Origin: Felis catus
Lineage: Eukaryota
Reading direction: 5' to 3'
DNA length: 64,000 bases
Assembly (NCBI RefSeq): GCF_018350175.1
Contig: NC_058373.1
Coordinates: forward strand, 107,882,001-107,946,000
Part shown: positions 13,754 to 26,439 of the stretch, one piece after another
Numbering within the stretch: the stretch's first letter is position 1
Layout: every line of letters begins with the position of its first letter
Translations under genes and position numbers: made by a program
Notes under the pieces: model-generated
What the model was told of the DNA's origin: nothing
Seen by the model: only the letters and a program-made list of their open reading frames with translations
The model's database searches: none

Positions 13754-13803
<50 letters not shown>
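13737..13803. repeat. (TC)n microsatellite
   Basis: Directly visible. Confidence 0.95.
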
Positions 13804-13805
<2 letters not shown>

Positions 13806-13854
13806 CCCGCCTCGCTCTCTCTCACATGCACACAATATTGATATATGTGCCACA

Positions 13855-14290
13855 TATTATGGTTAAGAGTATGGACTCTGGCATTCAATCTCATCACCGA
13901 CTAGATGTGTCAACCTAGTTAAGTTATATAATCTATCAGTGTCTCCTTATTTGTAACATAAAGATAAGGGGTTTTTTTTGCTTGTATAATAAACTTCTAT
14001 ATAGCACTTAAAGCACCAGGCACTATTCTAAGCATTTTACATGATCAACTCTCTTTATCTTCATGATAACCCTATGAAGTAGGTACTGCGATCTTTATCA
14101 CCCTTTATAGATGAGGAAACCGTGGTCCAAAGGAGTTAACAACATGCCCCAAATCATGCCTAGGCCATCTGGTGTCAGGGTCTGTTCTCTGAGCCTTCCT
14201 GTTATGTGTGCTGCCTCACATGACTCTTGTGAGGATTAAATGAGATGCTATATGTCAGCAGCTTGGCTCAGTGCCTGGCACAACCTCTGA
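13855..14290. mobile_element. MIR (+) interrupted by an oppositely oriented MIR (~13990-14210)
   Basis: gttaagagtatggactctgg head, then ccaggcactattctaagc...atagatgaggaaac, then ttgtgaggattaaatgag...cagtgcctggcac tail. Confidence 0.65.
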
Positions 14291-14885
14291 GCTTAATAAA
14301 ATAATAAAATGGGTTCTCTGTTAAATGACAATGATGATATCACCATCCAGAGAAGATATTTAGGGAGAGACCAAGAGGGTAGCTGTGGGCCTGACGGGTC
14401 TCTTGTGGCAGCACTTCTGTCCCCCCCCCCCCCCATTGGACTCCAGGGGGGTGATGTGGGCACAGGGAAGAGGAAGGCAGCTGCAGTGGACTCCTCTGTT
14501 TGCTTCACTACCTGCGCATCTTTATGCGGATGGGGGTGAGAATGCCAAAGAAAGTGGTGGAGTGACGCTTCAAGCTGAGACTCAGTCACACAAGCAGACG
14601 AGGACCCGGGTTTGCCATAGGGGGAGGTGGTACAGGGAGGATCGCCGATACCCACCTGTGTGTGTCACTGGAGCATTCGAATCAGGTGACTTCCTCTGTG
14701 TCTCGTGGTAACAGACAAGCGCTCAGAAATCACCTCACCTTTGCCTCTTCTCTGAAATTGTATTTTTCATACAGGAGCAGAGGATGACATGCGTTTGTTT
14801 TCCTTAAGTACTATGCTTAGAGGAGCATCATTGCTGAAATATTTTGACTGATGATAACTTTTTTTTTCTCTATTGTCTTGAACAG

Positions 14886-14920
14886 GGGAGTATTTGGGAA
14901 ACAGGGTTATCAATGTCAAG
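14886..14920 (+). CDS. PRKCH: PKC-eta exon 4 (35-nt microexon, C1A)
   Basis: tcttgaacag|GGGAGTATTTGGGAAACAGGGTTATCAATGTCAAG|gtaaga; translates (W)GVFGKQGYQCQ(V). Confidence 0.96.
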
Positions 14921-16009
14921 GTAAGAAAACACTTTTGAAACCCATATTTAATCTTGTTCCTGTGTTAAAAACTGATTATGCTAAGAGGAAACAGGATACA
15001 TTTCATTAATACTGTGATAAATAACTCAGCAGGTCAGGTGAGACCCCTACAGAATTACTGCTTTTTAGTTGTGGTTTAAACCTTGGCTACATTTTAGACG
15101 GCATAGAGGGGGCATTTTTATTTCTAAAGCCCAGATACCTAATAGAGTTTAATTGTTTAGAATTTTGTCTCTGCAATAACATGAAAGCACTACAGGTAAT
15201 GCCATTTTGTGAGCAGTGCCCTTGAATCCCGAAGCTAAATTGTTGTCTTTTCCAACCCCAGTGTTAATAGAGGTGAGAAGTGGCACAGCATTGCCTGTTT
15301 ACCTGCAGAGGGAATAGAAACTATTATCCCAGCTCCTTTTTCATTTTCTAACTCCAAAAAGAAGAAAGAAAAAAGAAAATGTGAGAATTGTTGAAAGTTA
15401 GAGAGAAACAAGTGAAAGAAGGCTCTTACTTAGATTTGGCCAGACTGGATTGATTTGTCTATTGGGCCCTTTCTTGTTGTTGGCTTGAACATCATTACAC
15501 AGTATATATGTATGGTACCTCTTTTCTTGATTTGTACTCTACAGATGATTGGTAAAATAGTGCTACATATCCTGGAGTGGTAGCCTCCATGGTAATAAGG
15601 AAATTCTGCCTTCTCTTCTGGAGAAGGTGAGGTAGAACATTATTTCCCTTAGAATGGCGTAGGACACACTCTTGGATGTAGTTTTCATTTTCACATGTAA
15701 GCAATTCTGCATTTTCAAATTTGGAAAACAATACTGTTATGGCAACAATAATTGACTTTATGCTGTTAATCTCAGACTCAGGTGACAGCATAGTTCACAG
15801 GTGAGAATTGATGTCACCTTTTGGCACCTCTCCAGCACAGGGACATGCCCTTTAGTCACCTCTGGTCATTCTTCTGCATAGTGCCAGGATATTTGATGGG
15901 CTGACTTTTAGTGGGCTGCCTGTTGTTGAAAGAGCAGGAAAGACCATTGGTCAGGAGAAATGTTCACATCTTGTTAAGGGGCATAAAACCAAATGCCTGG
16001 TTGAGAAGG

Positions 16010-17575
16010 GTACACCATGCTAACATTAGTCAAATGAAATAGACGAAACAGATTTCGGAACAAAGAAAAATTTCAGGGATAAGGAGAGGAATTATGTAAT
16101 GATAAAGGGATCCATTTTTCTTTTTCTTTAATATGAAATTTATTGTCAAATTGGTTTCCATACAACACCCAGTGCTCATCCCAACAGGTGCCCTCCTCAA
16201 TGCCCATCACCCACTTTCTCCTCCCTCCCACCCCCCATCAACCCTCAGTTTATCCTCAGTTTTTAAGAGTCTCTAATGGTTTACCTCCCTCCCTCTCTAA
16301 CTTTTTTTTCCCCTTCCCCTCCCCCATGGTCTTCTGTTAAGTTTCTCAGGATCCACATAAGAGTGAAAACATATGGTATCTGTCTTTGTCTGTATGACTT
16401 ATTTCACTTAGCATCACACTCTCCAGTTCCATCCACGTTGCTACAAAAGGCCATATTTCATTCTTTCTCATTGCCAAGTAGTATTCCATTGTATATATAA
16501 ACCACAACTTCTTTATCCATTCATCAGTTGATGGACATTTAGCCTCTTTCCATAATTTGGCTATTGTTGAGAGTGCTGCTATAAACATTGGGATACAAGT
16601 GCCCCTATGCATCAGCACTCCTGTATCCCTTGGGTAAATTCCTAGCAGTGCTATTGCTGGGTCATAGGGTAGATCTATTTTTAATATTTTAAGGAACCTC
16701 CACTCTGTTTTCCAGAGTGGCTACACCAGTTTGCATTCCCACCAACAGTGCGAGAAGGTTCCCGTTTCAAGAGGGATCCATTTTTCAAGAAGACGTAATA
16801 ATCTTTAACATATAGGCACCTGCAACAGAGTAATCAAAATACATGAGGCAAAAACTCATAGAACTGCAAGGATATATAGACGAATCCACTATTACAGTGG
16901 GGTGACTTCAATATCTCAGTAACTGAGGTCCAGCAGACAGAAATTCTGTAAGGATATTACAATTTGATCAAATTGACATTTATAGACTACCCCACCTAAC
17001 AACAGCAGAATATACATTCTTAAGCTCACAAGGAATATTAATATAGACCACATTCTGGCCTATGATGTAAGTCTTAACAAATTGAAGAGAATAGAAATCA
17101 TAAAAAGTATTTTTTCAGAGCACAGTGGAATTAATGCACACATGAATCAGAAACCTAGCTGGAAAGCCCCCCCACACACACACACATATTTGGAGATTAA
17201 ACAACACATTCAAAATAACACATGGGTAAAAGACTCAAGAAAAATAAAAACTGTTGTGAAATAAATGAAAATACAGTTTATGAAAATTTGTGGGATACAG
17301 CAAAAACAGTACTCAGAGGAAAATTTATACCGTTAAATGCATTTATTAGGAAAGAAGGATCTAAAACCAGTAATCTAGGTTTTCATCTTAGGAAGCTAGA
17401 AAAAGGAGAGAAGCTTCAAGTGAGCAGAGGAAGAGAAATAATACAATTAAAGCAGAAATCAGTAAAATTGAAATTAGGAAACCAATAGAGAAAATCCACC
17501 AAATAAAAAGCTGGTTCTTTGAAAAGGTCAATAAAATTGATAAACCTCTAGCCAAGCTAATGGATAAAAAACAAG
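16010..17575 (+). mobile_element. Old L1 ORF2 fragment (endonuclease region onward), split by a younger L1
   Basis: Reads [26 protein letters not shown] across the insertion and ENTVYENLWDTAKTVLRGKFIPLNAFIRK (ORF 17222..17488); multiple stops and frameshifts. Confidence 0.85.
16121..16771 (-). mobile_element. Young 5'-truncated carnivore/felid L1 (ORF2 C-terminus and 3'UTR)
   Basis: [14 protein letters not shown]...PMFIAALSTIAKLW...YHMFSLLCGS; G-rich 3'UTR; 15-bp perfect TSD agggatccatttttc at 16106-16120 and 16772-16786. Confidence 0.93.
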
Positions 17576-17949
17576 CAAACCTCAGATTCCTCAGAATGTA
17601 GGTTTTGTCTTGGTGAGGGATGGTTTTGAGATCCCCTCATATAAAAGGATCAGTTCTCTGGGAACTTTCAATTTGGTTCTCCTGCAAATTCAGTCTGATG
17701 AAAACTAGATTTTTTTTTTAAGTATATTGCTATTTGCTGACATGTCATCTGTATTTATGTATTTAATCCTAAAAACCTCCACATGCCCTGAAAGATCTTA
17801 AAAATAACATGTATATTCATACTGCTCCATTGCAGATTGTTCATCTTTTAATGGCAAACTGAATTCTGTCTGCACTGTGTCAGTATCCAGATGAAAATGG
17901 AAAAAAAAAGTTATTCAGAAGTTCTAAGTGTTTAAATAGTTGACTGAGT

Positions 17950-18500
17950 CATCCTGCAAATATTTGATGAGTGTCTACTTTGAGACATCATGCTGCCCAG
18001 GAATTCTAAGGGTGATAGAGGCTATATGTGGAAGATTTGAAATGACAAGCAAGCTAAGGGTTGTAGAGATTTGAGGAGACAGAGATGGTTTAGTCTCTCT
18101 AGAAGGGGAGCCAGGGATAGTATATTTTAACGGAAGAGACATTTTTTAAGTCGTTGTCTTGATACAAACTTAAGATTTAGTTAGGCGGTAGGCAAAGAGG
18201 ATGTCCTAGGGATTAAGCAGGACACGGTCAGTGTGCAGGGAGGGCGAAACCTGCTCCAGGAAGAGCAGCTAGTCTAGTTTCTATTGGAACAAAGAGCTCC
18301 CATAGAAGAAAGGTAACAAGTAAGCTTGGCTAGCTTCTGGAGGGCCTGACACTTGGCCGGGAAATTTGAACTCTACTCATGGGCAGTGAGAAGCCATTGA
18401 AGGTTTAGATCATGGGGCAAGGTGACCAGAATTATACTGTGAGAGGACTCCTGTGGGGGTGAGTGTGGGATCAAAGCCAGAAAGGACGAAATAAGCTCAG
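17950..18500 (-). mobile_element. Ancient L2 fragment
   Basis: caaatatttgatgagtgtctact and gggcagtgagaagccattgaaggttt are L2-like words. Confidence 0.5.
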
Positions 18501-18689
18501 GGCTTGAGTGCAAATAGTTTGAGTGTGAGCAAAGGCATGAGTTAGGTTGATAGTAAAGACGGTGGGAAGGACGGTGTGCTGGCTGCCATCATGTGGGCCA
18601 GACACCCACATCAAGTCAGCTTGCAGCCCTTGTTGACTGGTAGACCTTCAGCCTCCGATGAATGTGTAATTGTGGGCTTAATTTCCTAG

Positions 18690-18778
18690 TGTGCACCTGT
18701 GTCGTCCATAAGCGCTGCCATCACCTAATTGTTACGGCCTGCACTTGCCAAAATAATATTAACAAAGTGGATTCAAAG
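18690..18778 (+). CDS. PRKCH: PKC-eta exon 5 (89 nt, end of C1A)
   Basis: atttcctag|TGTGCACC...GATTCAAAG|gtaaga; translates (V)CTCVVHKRCHHLIVTACTCQNNINKVDSK. Confidence 0.96.
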
Positions 18779-20124
18779 GTAAGAAGATAGCAGTTTGCTA
18801 ATTAAGTGCCTGCACAAGCTCACGTGCATGCTTCTCGCTCTCTCTCTTTTTTTTCTCACTCCCTCCTCTTTCCACTTCCCTTCCATGCTCTTTGAAGCTG
18901 ATGGTGGTATCAGAATTGAATTCTCTCTTTTTTATATTATGGTATTTTTAATTCTATGCTTGTGTAGTCTGACCTGTCCTTGAGTTGATCCCACTTACTG
19001 ATCAGCTGGTTACAAGCTCTCAGGATCAATTTTGCTAATTCGGAGAGAGTTTTTGGAGGACTGACCGAAAAGATCCCTGAGTTTGGCATCACATGACCAG
19101 GAGTTGATGTGGAATCCAGCCTCTGCTAGTTAGCTTCTCTCGTAGCTCAGTCTTAAAAATGGGATTCATATTTCCTTCACACAGTTTTTGTGAGTGTTAA
19201 GCAGGATAGAATTGATGTGATGAGTATTTGTTAACCGTAAATTGTGCTTTCTCAATAAGGCGACCATTAGCCTCCTCCATTGTCTTCCCAAATATCAGGG
19301 AGGATGCATTTCTGTATATAAATGCCTGATCCTCATTCTTGTAACTTGTATTGTGTTCAGCTAGGGTAGGCACATTCCAGATTCTGGAGCTAGAAAGCAG
19401 ATGGAATATTGCTGACGATCAGCGGATTTACAGATGCACTGGAGAGTCTGACTTTGAAACTCAATGATGCCCTACAGCACACATATAGCACATATATCAC
19501 CCATTAGCACATATAGCACACCCATAGTACACATACAGCATGTGCCTGGTCTGATTATTTGCTGGAATCAGTTTGTGAGATTAAAGCAGGACCTCTGCCC
19601 TCAGATTGTCACAACACAAATGCCAGGCAAAGGCTGGAAGGGCTGAGGAAGCCACTTGAATGTCCCCTGGAATGAATCCCTTCTTCAGTTCCATGCTCCC
19701 TGGGTGCTGCCTTCTCCCCTCTGCCCCCCACAATATCTGGAAAAACTCCTGGTAATAACAAGTGGATATAGTCTATAAAAGACCTGTTTAATCCTGAAGC
19801 TAAGAGGCTCTAGGAAATAGATATGGGTGTGGGGGAGTTGGCAGGGAGAGATATACAGCCTGAATATAAAAGATGATAAAATGGTTTTAATTTCTACTTA
19901 TCTTCCCAAAGGGTGAACAATCTAATGCTCACTACACCCTTTCTGTTGAGTCTTATTCATTAGAAAATGTGCACAGTCTGGTGAGTAAGGCCTGAGTACA
20001 GTGAAATGATATACCCAGCTCAGGTGTCACGGTAACGCTTTGCATTTGGGGGGCTCCTGTTACATCTGCATGAAAGGTGTTGGCCTGGAATGCTAGCTCC
20101 TGTCCTTCTGTTCCCTTTTTACAG

Positions 20125-20254
20125 ATTGCTGAACAGAGGTTCGGAATCAACATCCCGCACAAATTCAGCGTCCACAACTACAAAGTGCCAACGTTCTGCG
20201 ATCACTGTGGCTCCCTGCTCTGGGGAATAATGAGACAAGGACTTCAGTGTAAAA
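20125..20254 (+). CDS. PRKCH: PKC-eta exon 6 (130 nt, C1B)
   Basis: ctttttacag|ATTGCT...TGTAAAA|gtgaga; [43 protein letters not shown], contained in ORF 20077..20289. Confidence 0.97.
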
Positions 20255-22430
20255 GTGAGATGCTGGGCTGCCACGTGCCCACTTCATGAGGTCACCGTGC
20301 CGCAAGCTTTCGGAATTCTATAGGTTCCGATTCTGACCTAGGACCGGTGGTTTTGGATACTTTGTAAATTAAATCTTACCGGTTCTATATGTATGTGTCC
20401 CTTGCCAGGCATGTAAAAAGAGCTACATCTGGTTTTAAGAGTTCCTAACTGTAGATTTAGTCAGTTGTTAAATTCAGTGTTCTGTCTAGCTGGCTGTCAT
20501 CTGTTTAGTGCCGAGTGCCTGCTAATTGTTGTGTATTTGAAAAAGGGGGGGAATGGGATCTTGGTCAGAAATAGAAGACAGTAGGAGGCAAGGTGCCCAA
20601 AAAAGAGAGGCTTGAGTTATGAGTAAGAACAGGCAGGAGAGTAGGTCTAGTGCCTTTACCAGAAATAAGCAAGAATTGAGTAAAAGCACAAACAGAGCTG
20701 CCCTGAGTCTTCTCGAAGAGACTGATAGAGATTGGAGAGGTATGGGGTGTGAAGGATGCTTAAACTTCAGCCACGGACTTGCACCTCACTAACTATGCCC
20801 AGTGGAGCCCGAGTTTGGAGCTTTTGCTGTAGCAAAGGGTCTGGGATTAAGGACTGATTCCTGTCCTGCGAGGAGTTGGGAAGCTGTTGGCCTTGAGTTA
20901 TCTCCCACTGGGTGTTGCTGTAACAATATGGCCATCCTGGGATGCAGTCCCATGCTGAAATACAAGTGAATGTCAGCCTTAAGCTTTAGATAAATCCTGA
21001 GTGACTGGGAGAGGCAGAGTTGGTATCATTGCAGCTGGACGACTTCCATCTATTGCCTGGACTTACAAAGCCCGCTTCTGTCGACAGAAAGGGACTAGTC
21101 ACTTGTCTTTACGAAAGACAAATTCTGTAATCTCATTAGAACTTCACTTAATAATTCTTTTTTCCTAGATATATTAAATAATTAGTTTTGAACCAAAACA
21201 GCAACCAGCTCATGTGTAGCTTCAGTTCTGGTCTTGCTGGGTCTTAACCTGGAAGGTCTCCCCCGGTGTGGGTTTCCAGTGCAAAAGTCACTTTCTGCTT
21301 TTGTATGGTTGTTGCTGACAACGCAGAGCCATGCGTGGGGCTCATCTGCATTGTCCTTGCCCCCTGAGGCCGGAGGGTAGCGCACCTGTAGCGATCCATC
21401 GCCTATAATTTTTGCTTTTCTTGTCACCTGGTTCTTCAGAAAGGGCACGTGAAGCTAATGAGGCTTCAGCCTCAGGCTCCCTCCCTTGCAAAGGTGTCTT
21501 CCAGAGCTCCTCTCGATTGGATATTCTTTTTCGTAAAGAGGGGCACCCTAAATTACACAAATGCAGACCCCACAAAACCGGGATCTGTGCACGCTTCCAA
21601 AGATAGGTGGACGCTCCAGGCATCTGCTCCTTGCTGTTCCATTCCTACCTCCCATCAGCAGTGCCCATGGAAAGAAACTGACGGAACTTTCTTTCTGCTG
21701 ATTAAACCTTGGGTCCTTCATCCTCCTGAGTCAGTTTCCTGTGCACCAGGAACTTAGCTTGCTTCTGTCCTCTTCCAACTGCCATTTACTTTGACCTTTA
21801 AAAAAGTTGCTTTTCTCCCCCACGAAGGAGTTAGAACCACAGGCTGAAAGTGCCGAGAAGCACAGCCCCCACAGGATGCCGTGTCCTGTGCTGCGAGGGC
21901 TACCCAACCACAACAGTACTCGGAAAGAAAGCTTTACTTAGAGGTTTTTCTCTCAGAAACACCATCTCCATCCTGTTTGAACAGTGCTCTATAATGTGGC
22001 CTTTAGATTGCTGCCTTTTATTGAGCAATACAAAGAAAAGCATAAAGTCCGTTGGCATGATTCCTTGTGAGTTCCTTGAATTGTCACTGTGATGAACATT
22101 TTGATTTCTGTATTGAATCATGCTTGTCAATCGGCCATGCCTAGTACACATGATTTAGGTGAATGTCTTTCATCAAGTCACAGTGGAAAGAAATGGATTT
22201 GAAATTTATTTTTCATTCAGTGTGCCAGAGTTTCCGTTTCTGCACAAAGCAGACACAGATAAAGTGTCAGGGATTGTTTTGAGCGCAAGTTCAGGTTTAT
22301 GAGAAGATGGCGTTGCTCAGCCCGTAGAATTCCTCTGTCATCATCTTTCAGGTTGTTAAAGTTGTTTTTTGCGGCACGTGTTGGCTTGGCTCCTTCCTGA
22401 ATGTGGATTCCCTTCTCCTCTCCCTTCTAG

Positions 22431-22558
22431 TATGTAAGATGAATGTCCACATTCGATGCCAGGCAAACGTGGCCCCTAACTGTGGGGTGAACGCAGTGGA
22501 GCTCGCCAAGACCCTGGCCGGGATGGGCCTCCAGCCCGGAAATATTTCTCCAACCTCG
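22431..22558 (+). CDS. PRKCH: PKC-eta exon 7 (128 nt, end of C1B and hinge)
   Basis: cccttctag|TATGTAAG...ACCTCG|gtgaga; (I)CKMNVHIRCQANVAPNCGVNAVELAKTLAGMGLQPGNISPTS. Confidence 0.97.
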
Positions 22559-24413
22559 GTGAGACTTTGCTTTTTTCACTGTATTGTAATTTAGAAGTTG
22601 CTCAGATGCAGTGAGTCCGAATGAGGGAATGTGGCGTAATCAAAGTTCCTAATGTCAGCAAACATATTTGCAGATTTATTGTATTTTTAAAGAGCATTTT
22701 GGTCCACAAAAAGAAGATTCTTTATACAATTATCTGACAAGAAATGACAAGCAGGAAGCAGAAGGATTTTTTTTTTTTTTTTTTTGTAATTAGCTTCCTG
22801 TCAGTGTGGTCTGATGAAACCCTGGAATCCAGGGCCCTGGGTTATCCTCTTAACTCTCAGCTGGGGCCCTGGCGGCACAGTTGACCAGCAACTGTGGGCC
22901 TCAGCTTCCTCTTCTCTAAAGGGGTTGAACTTGAAGATTCTCCACCGCGCTGGAGTCTAGCTGTTCTGCAGGTTTTGTTTATGGATTGTGAATTTATCTC
23001 TCAAACTCAGCGACAAACAGGAGTTCCTTCCTCTCGGCTCTTGGGAGTGGGTGGAGTTGGTCAGTTGCTGTGGACATGTTTTGTCTTGCAGCCTCCCTGA
23101 GTGACCTCCTTGCTATTGACCGTTAGAGCCTCGACCACTTCCCAGGCCCAAGTGCTTTTGCTGCCTTCCTGGCTGGGTCTACAGACTGCTGGGAAAGAGC
23201 CGTGGCTACTGCTGTGGTTTGTGAAAGGTGTAGCTTGATATCCGGTTTAGGAAAACTCTAGAGTTAACTGTTAAATATCTCTGGGTGCTTAGGAAGAGAA
23301 GCACAATCACAGTCAAGTTCTTGGTTATCCAGAAAATGTCCGTACTCACCATCCCATTTCCTTATTACTAGTAGATTAGGGCCTTGGACAGACATTGTAT
23401 TCCTTTATTTCAGGAAAGCATTAGCAAAGTCTAATGTCTAGCTCATGGAGAGACAGGCAGGATGCTAATACCATGAGGAGTATTTCTAATGCATGAGACA
23501 GCTGTTCCCGAAGGGCATAGGTTAAGGATTTCAGCTTGCACCAGGGCTCCTAAAATGTAATGAGAATAAGGTAGACCATGTGGCAAAACCTCTTGAGTGG
23601 GCAGTGTCATTTGTCATTTGAACCAAGTATCTTTGATATTCTATTTGAAAGTGGAAAAAACAAAATTACCTGTTGTTTGACAGCAAAGCATGAAAAGAAC
23701 CTTAAGTCTATCAAAAGAGAAGAATGGGTTAAAAAAAAAAAAAGATTGAGAAATACTGGCTTAGAGTTTTCTGGCCAGTACCAGCCCAACCAGGAGAAGT
23801 ATTTAAGTGGAGGAAGTGAGATTCATGCTGGTAAAATTTTTCTGTCTTTGAAATATTTATGAGCAGAGACCTGGAGGAGAAACTATTAAAAACAATTGGA
23901 TTTTTCAGTCTATCCATTTGATAATCTGTAATCACTGTTTTACTGGGGCGAGTAAGTAAAATCCTTGTAGCTTCAAGCAGTTGCACAGTTGTTTGTTGGA
24001 AACGTTGCTTCGAAGTCGCTCCAGATGAGCTGGGGTTTTTTAGCTAAATAGGTCAAAAGCTACAGAGTGTTAGACTTCTCATCTGGTGTCTGGTGGCAGC
24101 TTATCTTATAAGTGTCCCGAGATGGACACCTGTGTGTCACTTTGCCTTTAGGTAGCTTCCTCTCTGTGGCAGGGCTTGTTCCTGGGGCTGAGTTACCCAC
24201 TGAGGAGGCCACACCTATTTCTGGTTCAATATGGTGACAGTGGAGCTCTCAATGTGCTGGTGGTCAGCTTTTGTAGAGGGCAAGTTGGCTGTGTATCAGA
24301 AGTCTTCCAAATTAACATTTGGGCCCTAAAGATTCCATTTCTGGAAAGTCATCTTAAGAAAATAGATGATGATCGTGATCATGACGATAATAACAGCAGC
24401 TCAGCTTGTGTTT

Positions 24414-24639
24414 GTTTTTTTTTTAATTTTTTTTTAACGTTTTTATTTATTTTTGGGACAGAGAGAGACAGAGCATGAACGGGGGAGGAGCAGAGAGAGA
24501 GGGAGACACAGAATCGGAAACAGGCTCCAGGCTCTGAGCCATCAGCCCAGAGCCTGACGCGGGGCTCGAACTCACGGACGGCAAGATCGTGACCTGGCTG
24601 AAGTCGGACGCTTAACCGACTGCGCCACCTAGGCGCCCC
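24414..24639 (-). mobile_element. Young felid SINEC_Fc-type SINE
   Basis: Near-identical to copies at 42865 and 51703, CpGs largely intact; TSD tcagcttgtgttt at 24401-24413 and 24640-24652. Confidence 0.95.
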
Positions 24640-25124
24640 TCAGCTTGTGTTTTAAAGAGGCTGGGCACCGATCTAAGTGCTTTATACACATTTATTCATT
24701 TCTCATAATAATTTGCATTCCAGTAGCAGGGGAATTAATGAATAAACTGTGATGCATCCATAAAACAGAATATCGAACAGCCCTTAAAACTCGTGTTCTT
24801 GAAGGATATAGAAAATACACATGACAAAGTGTTAAATAAAAATGTGTGTTATGAAACAACAATTTTATTATATTTTTAAAAACTAATCAAGTGTAAAGAA
24901 AGATAGGTATGTGTGTATGTGTAATTGCTTTTATTTTTTATTTTTGGAGGGGGGAGCTAATGAAATTAGCGGTGTTTAAAATTTTATCCTTCATTATTCT
25001 AGTTTTACATTAATTTTTATTTCTCTTATGTAATCTTAAATACTGTGTAATAAATATTGCTTCGTTCATTCACATCCTGGTGCGGATCCTCTGAGCAACT
25101 GTGAAAACCACTCTTTGAATGAAA

Positions 25125-25143
25125 TGGACACCAGGTGGCGCTC
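25125..25143 (+). promoter_or_regulatory. Candidate CTCF binding site
   Basis: TGGACACCAGGTGGCGCTC matches 16/19 positions of the consensus TGGCCACCAGGGGGCGCTA; motif evidence only. Confidence 0.55.
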
Positions 25144-25467
25144 TTGGATCCTGAGCATCCTCTAGAAAGCCGTCACACCAGACTAAGGCGTTTGTGCTTC
25201 ATACACTCCCATTCGGGCTCAAACTGAAACTCTCAGTGGCTTAGATATATTTTTAAGTTATTCTTTCCTAAATATAGTCAGCACACATCGGGAGCTGGTA
25301 CTGAAGTAGTTTCGCATGGCAGAACCTGATAACGTGTCAAGCTGAATTGATCTTTCCCCACCTGTTGTGTCGAGGGTTGAGGCAGCCAGTAACGTCTTCT
25401 GCATCCGTAAATGCTTCATGCACCTGCCACCATTTCTGATTCCATGTTTTCCTACTCTTCCTTGCAG

Positions 25468-25611
25468 AAGCTCGTTTCCAGGTCGACTCTAAGACGACAG
25501 GGAAGGGAAAGCACCAAAGAAGGAAATGGGATCGGGGTTAACTCTTCCAGCCGACTTGGTATCGACAACTTTGAGTTCATCCGAGTGTTGGGGAAGGGGA
25601 GTTTCGGGAAG
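25468..25611 (+). CDS. PRKCH: PKC-eta exon 8 (144 nt, hinge and kinase glycine-rich loop)
   Basis: ccttgcag|AAGCTC...GGGAAG|gtgagt; KLVSRSTLRRQGRESTKEGNGIGVNSSSRLGIDNFEFIRVLGKGSFGK with the GxGxxG motif. Confidence 0.97.
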
Positions 25612-25772
25612 GTGAGTCATGACTTTAGGTGTCCGGGTTAAAGGAAGCATGTTTGGGTGTGCGTGTGTGTATACACACGCATACTTCCCAAGTGCCGGGA
25701 AGTGTGTGTTCCCACATCCTCAGAGCCTCAAGAGTTCTCACGCCTGTGCTCCATCCTCCCGCCCTGCCGTAG

Positions 25773-25988
<216 letters not shown>

Positions 25989-26343
25989 TAAAGAGTTCAG
26001 ATGTTAAAGGTTTCATAAAGAAGTGCATCAGACTTTAGAAGGATGAACTCCCATTCTAGGCTCTGTGAAGGAGCTTGGGTTTTAGTTCTGAGAGCAAATG
26101 GAAGAAATTTAGCAGACGAATGACAGATCAGGTTGTATTTTTTAAGTATAAAAAAGATAACTTTCTGCAATTGGTAATAGAAGCATCCTTTAATTATCTG
26201 TATCCTTCCTCTGAAGGAAACTGTTATTACTGATTTCATTATGTACCTTTCCAGAGAATTTATTGCACAGGAAAGCATACACCCACACTACATATATGTA
26301 TCTGTATTTTTTAAAAACACAAATGGTAAGGATACTTTGTTCA

Positions 26344-26406
26344 CTGGGAGATCATGACATGAGCCAAAGTTGGATGATTAACCTGCTGAGCCACCCACGT
26401 GCCCTC
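26344..26406 (-). mobile_element. Can-SINE head only (3' body and tail missing)
   Basis: gagatcatgacatgagccaaagttggatgattaacctgctgagccacccacgtgccc is a reversed SINE 5' end; no GA tract or T tail on its left. Confidence 0.85.
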
Positions 26407-26439
26407 CCAGCTGCCTTATTTTTAAAATAACTGCAGAGT

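Noticed and set aside
16346..16618. 90-aa ORF with protein-like composition
   Set aside because: C-terminus of L1 ORF2 in a 5'-truncated copy with an upstream in-frame stop.
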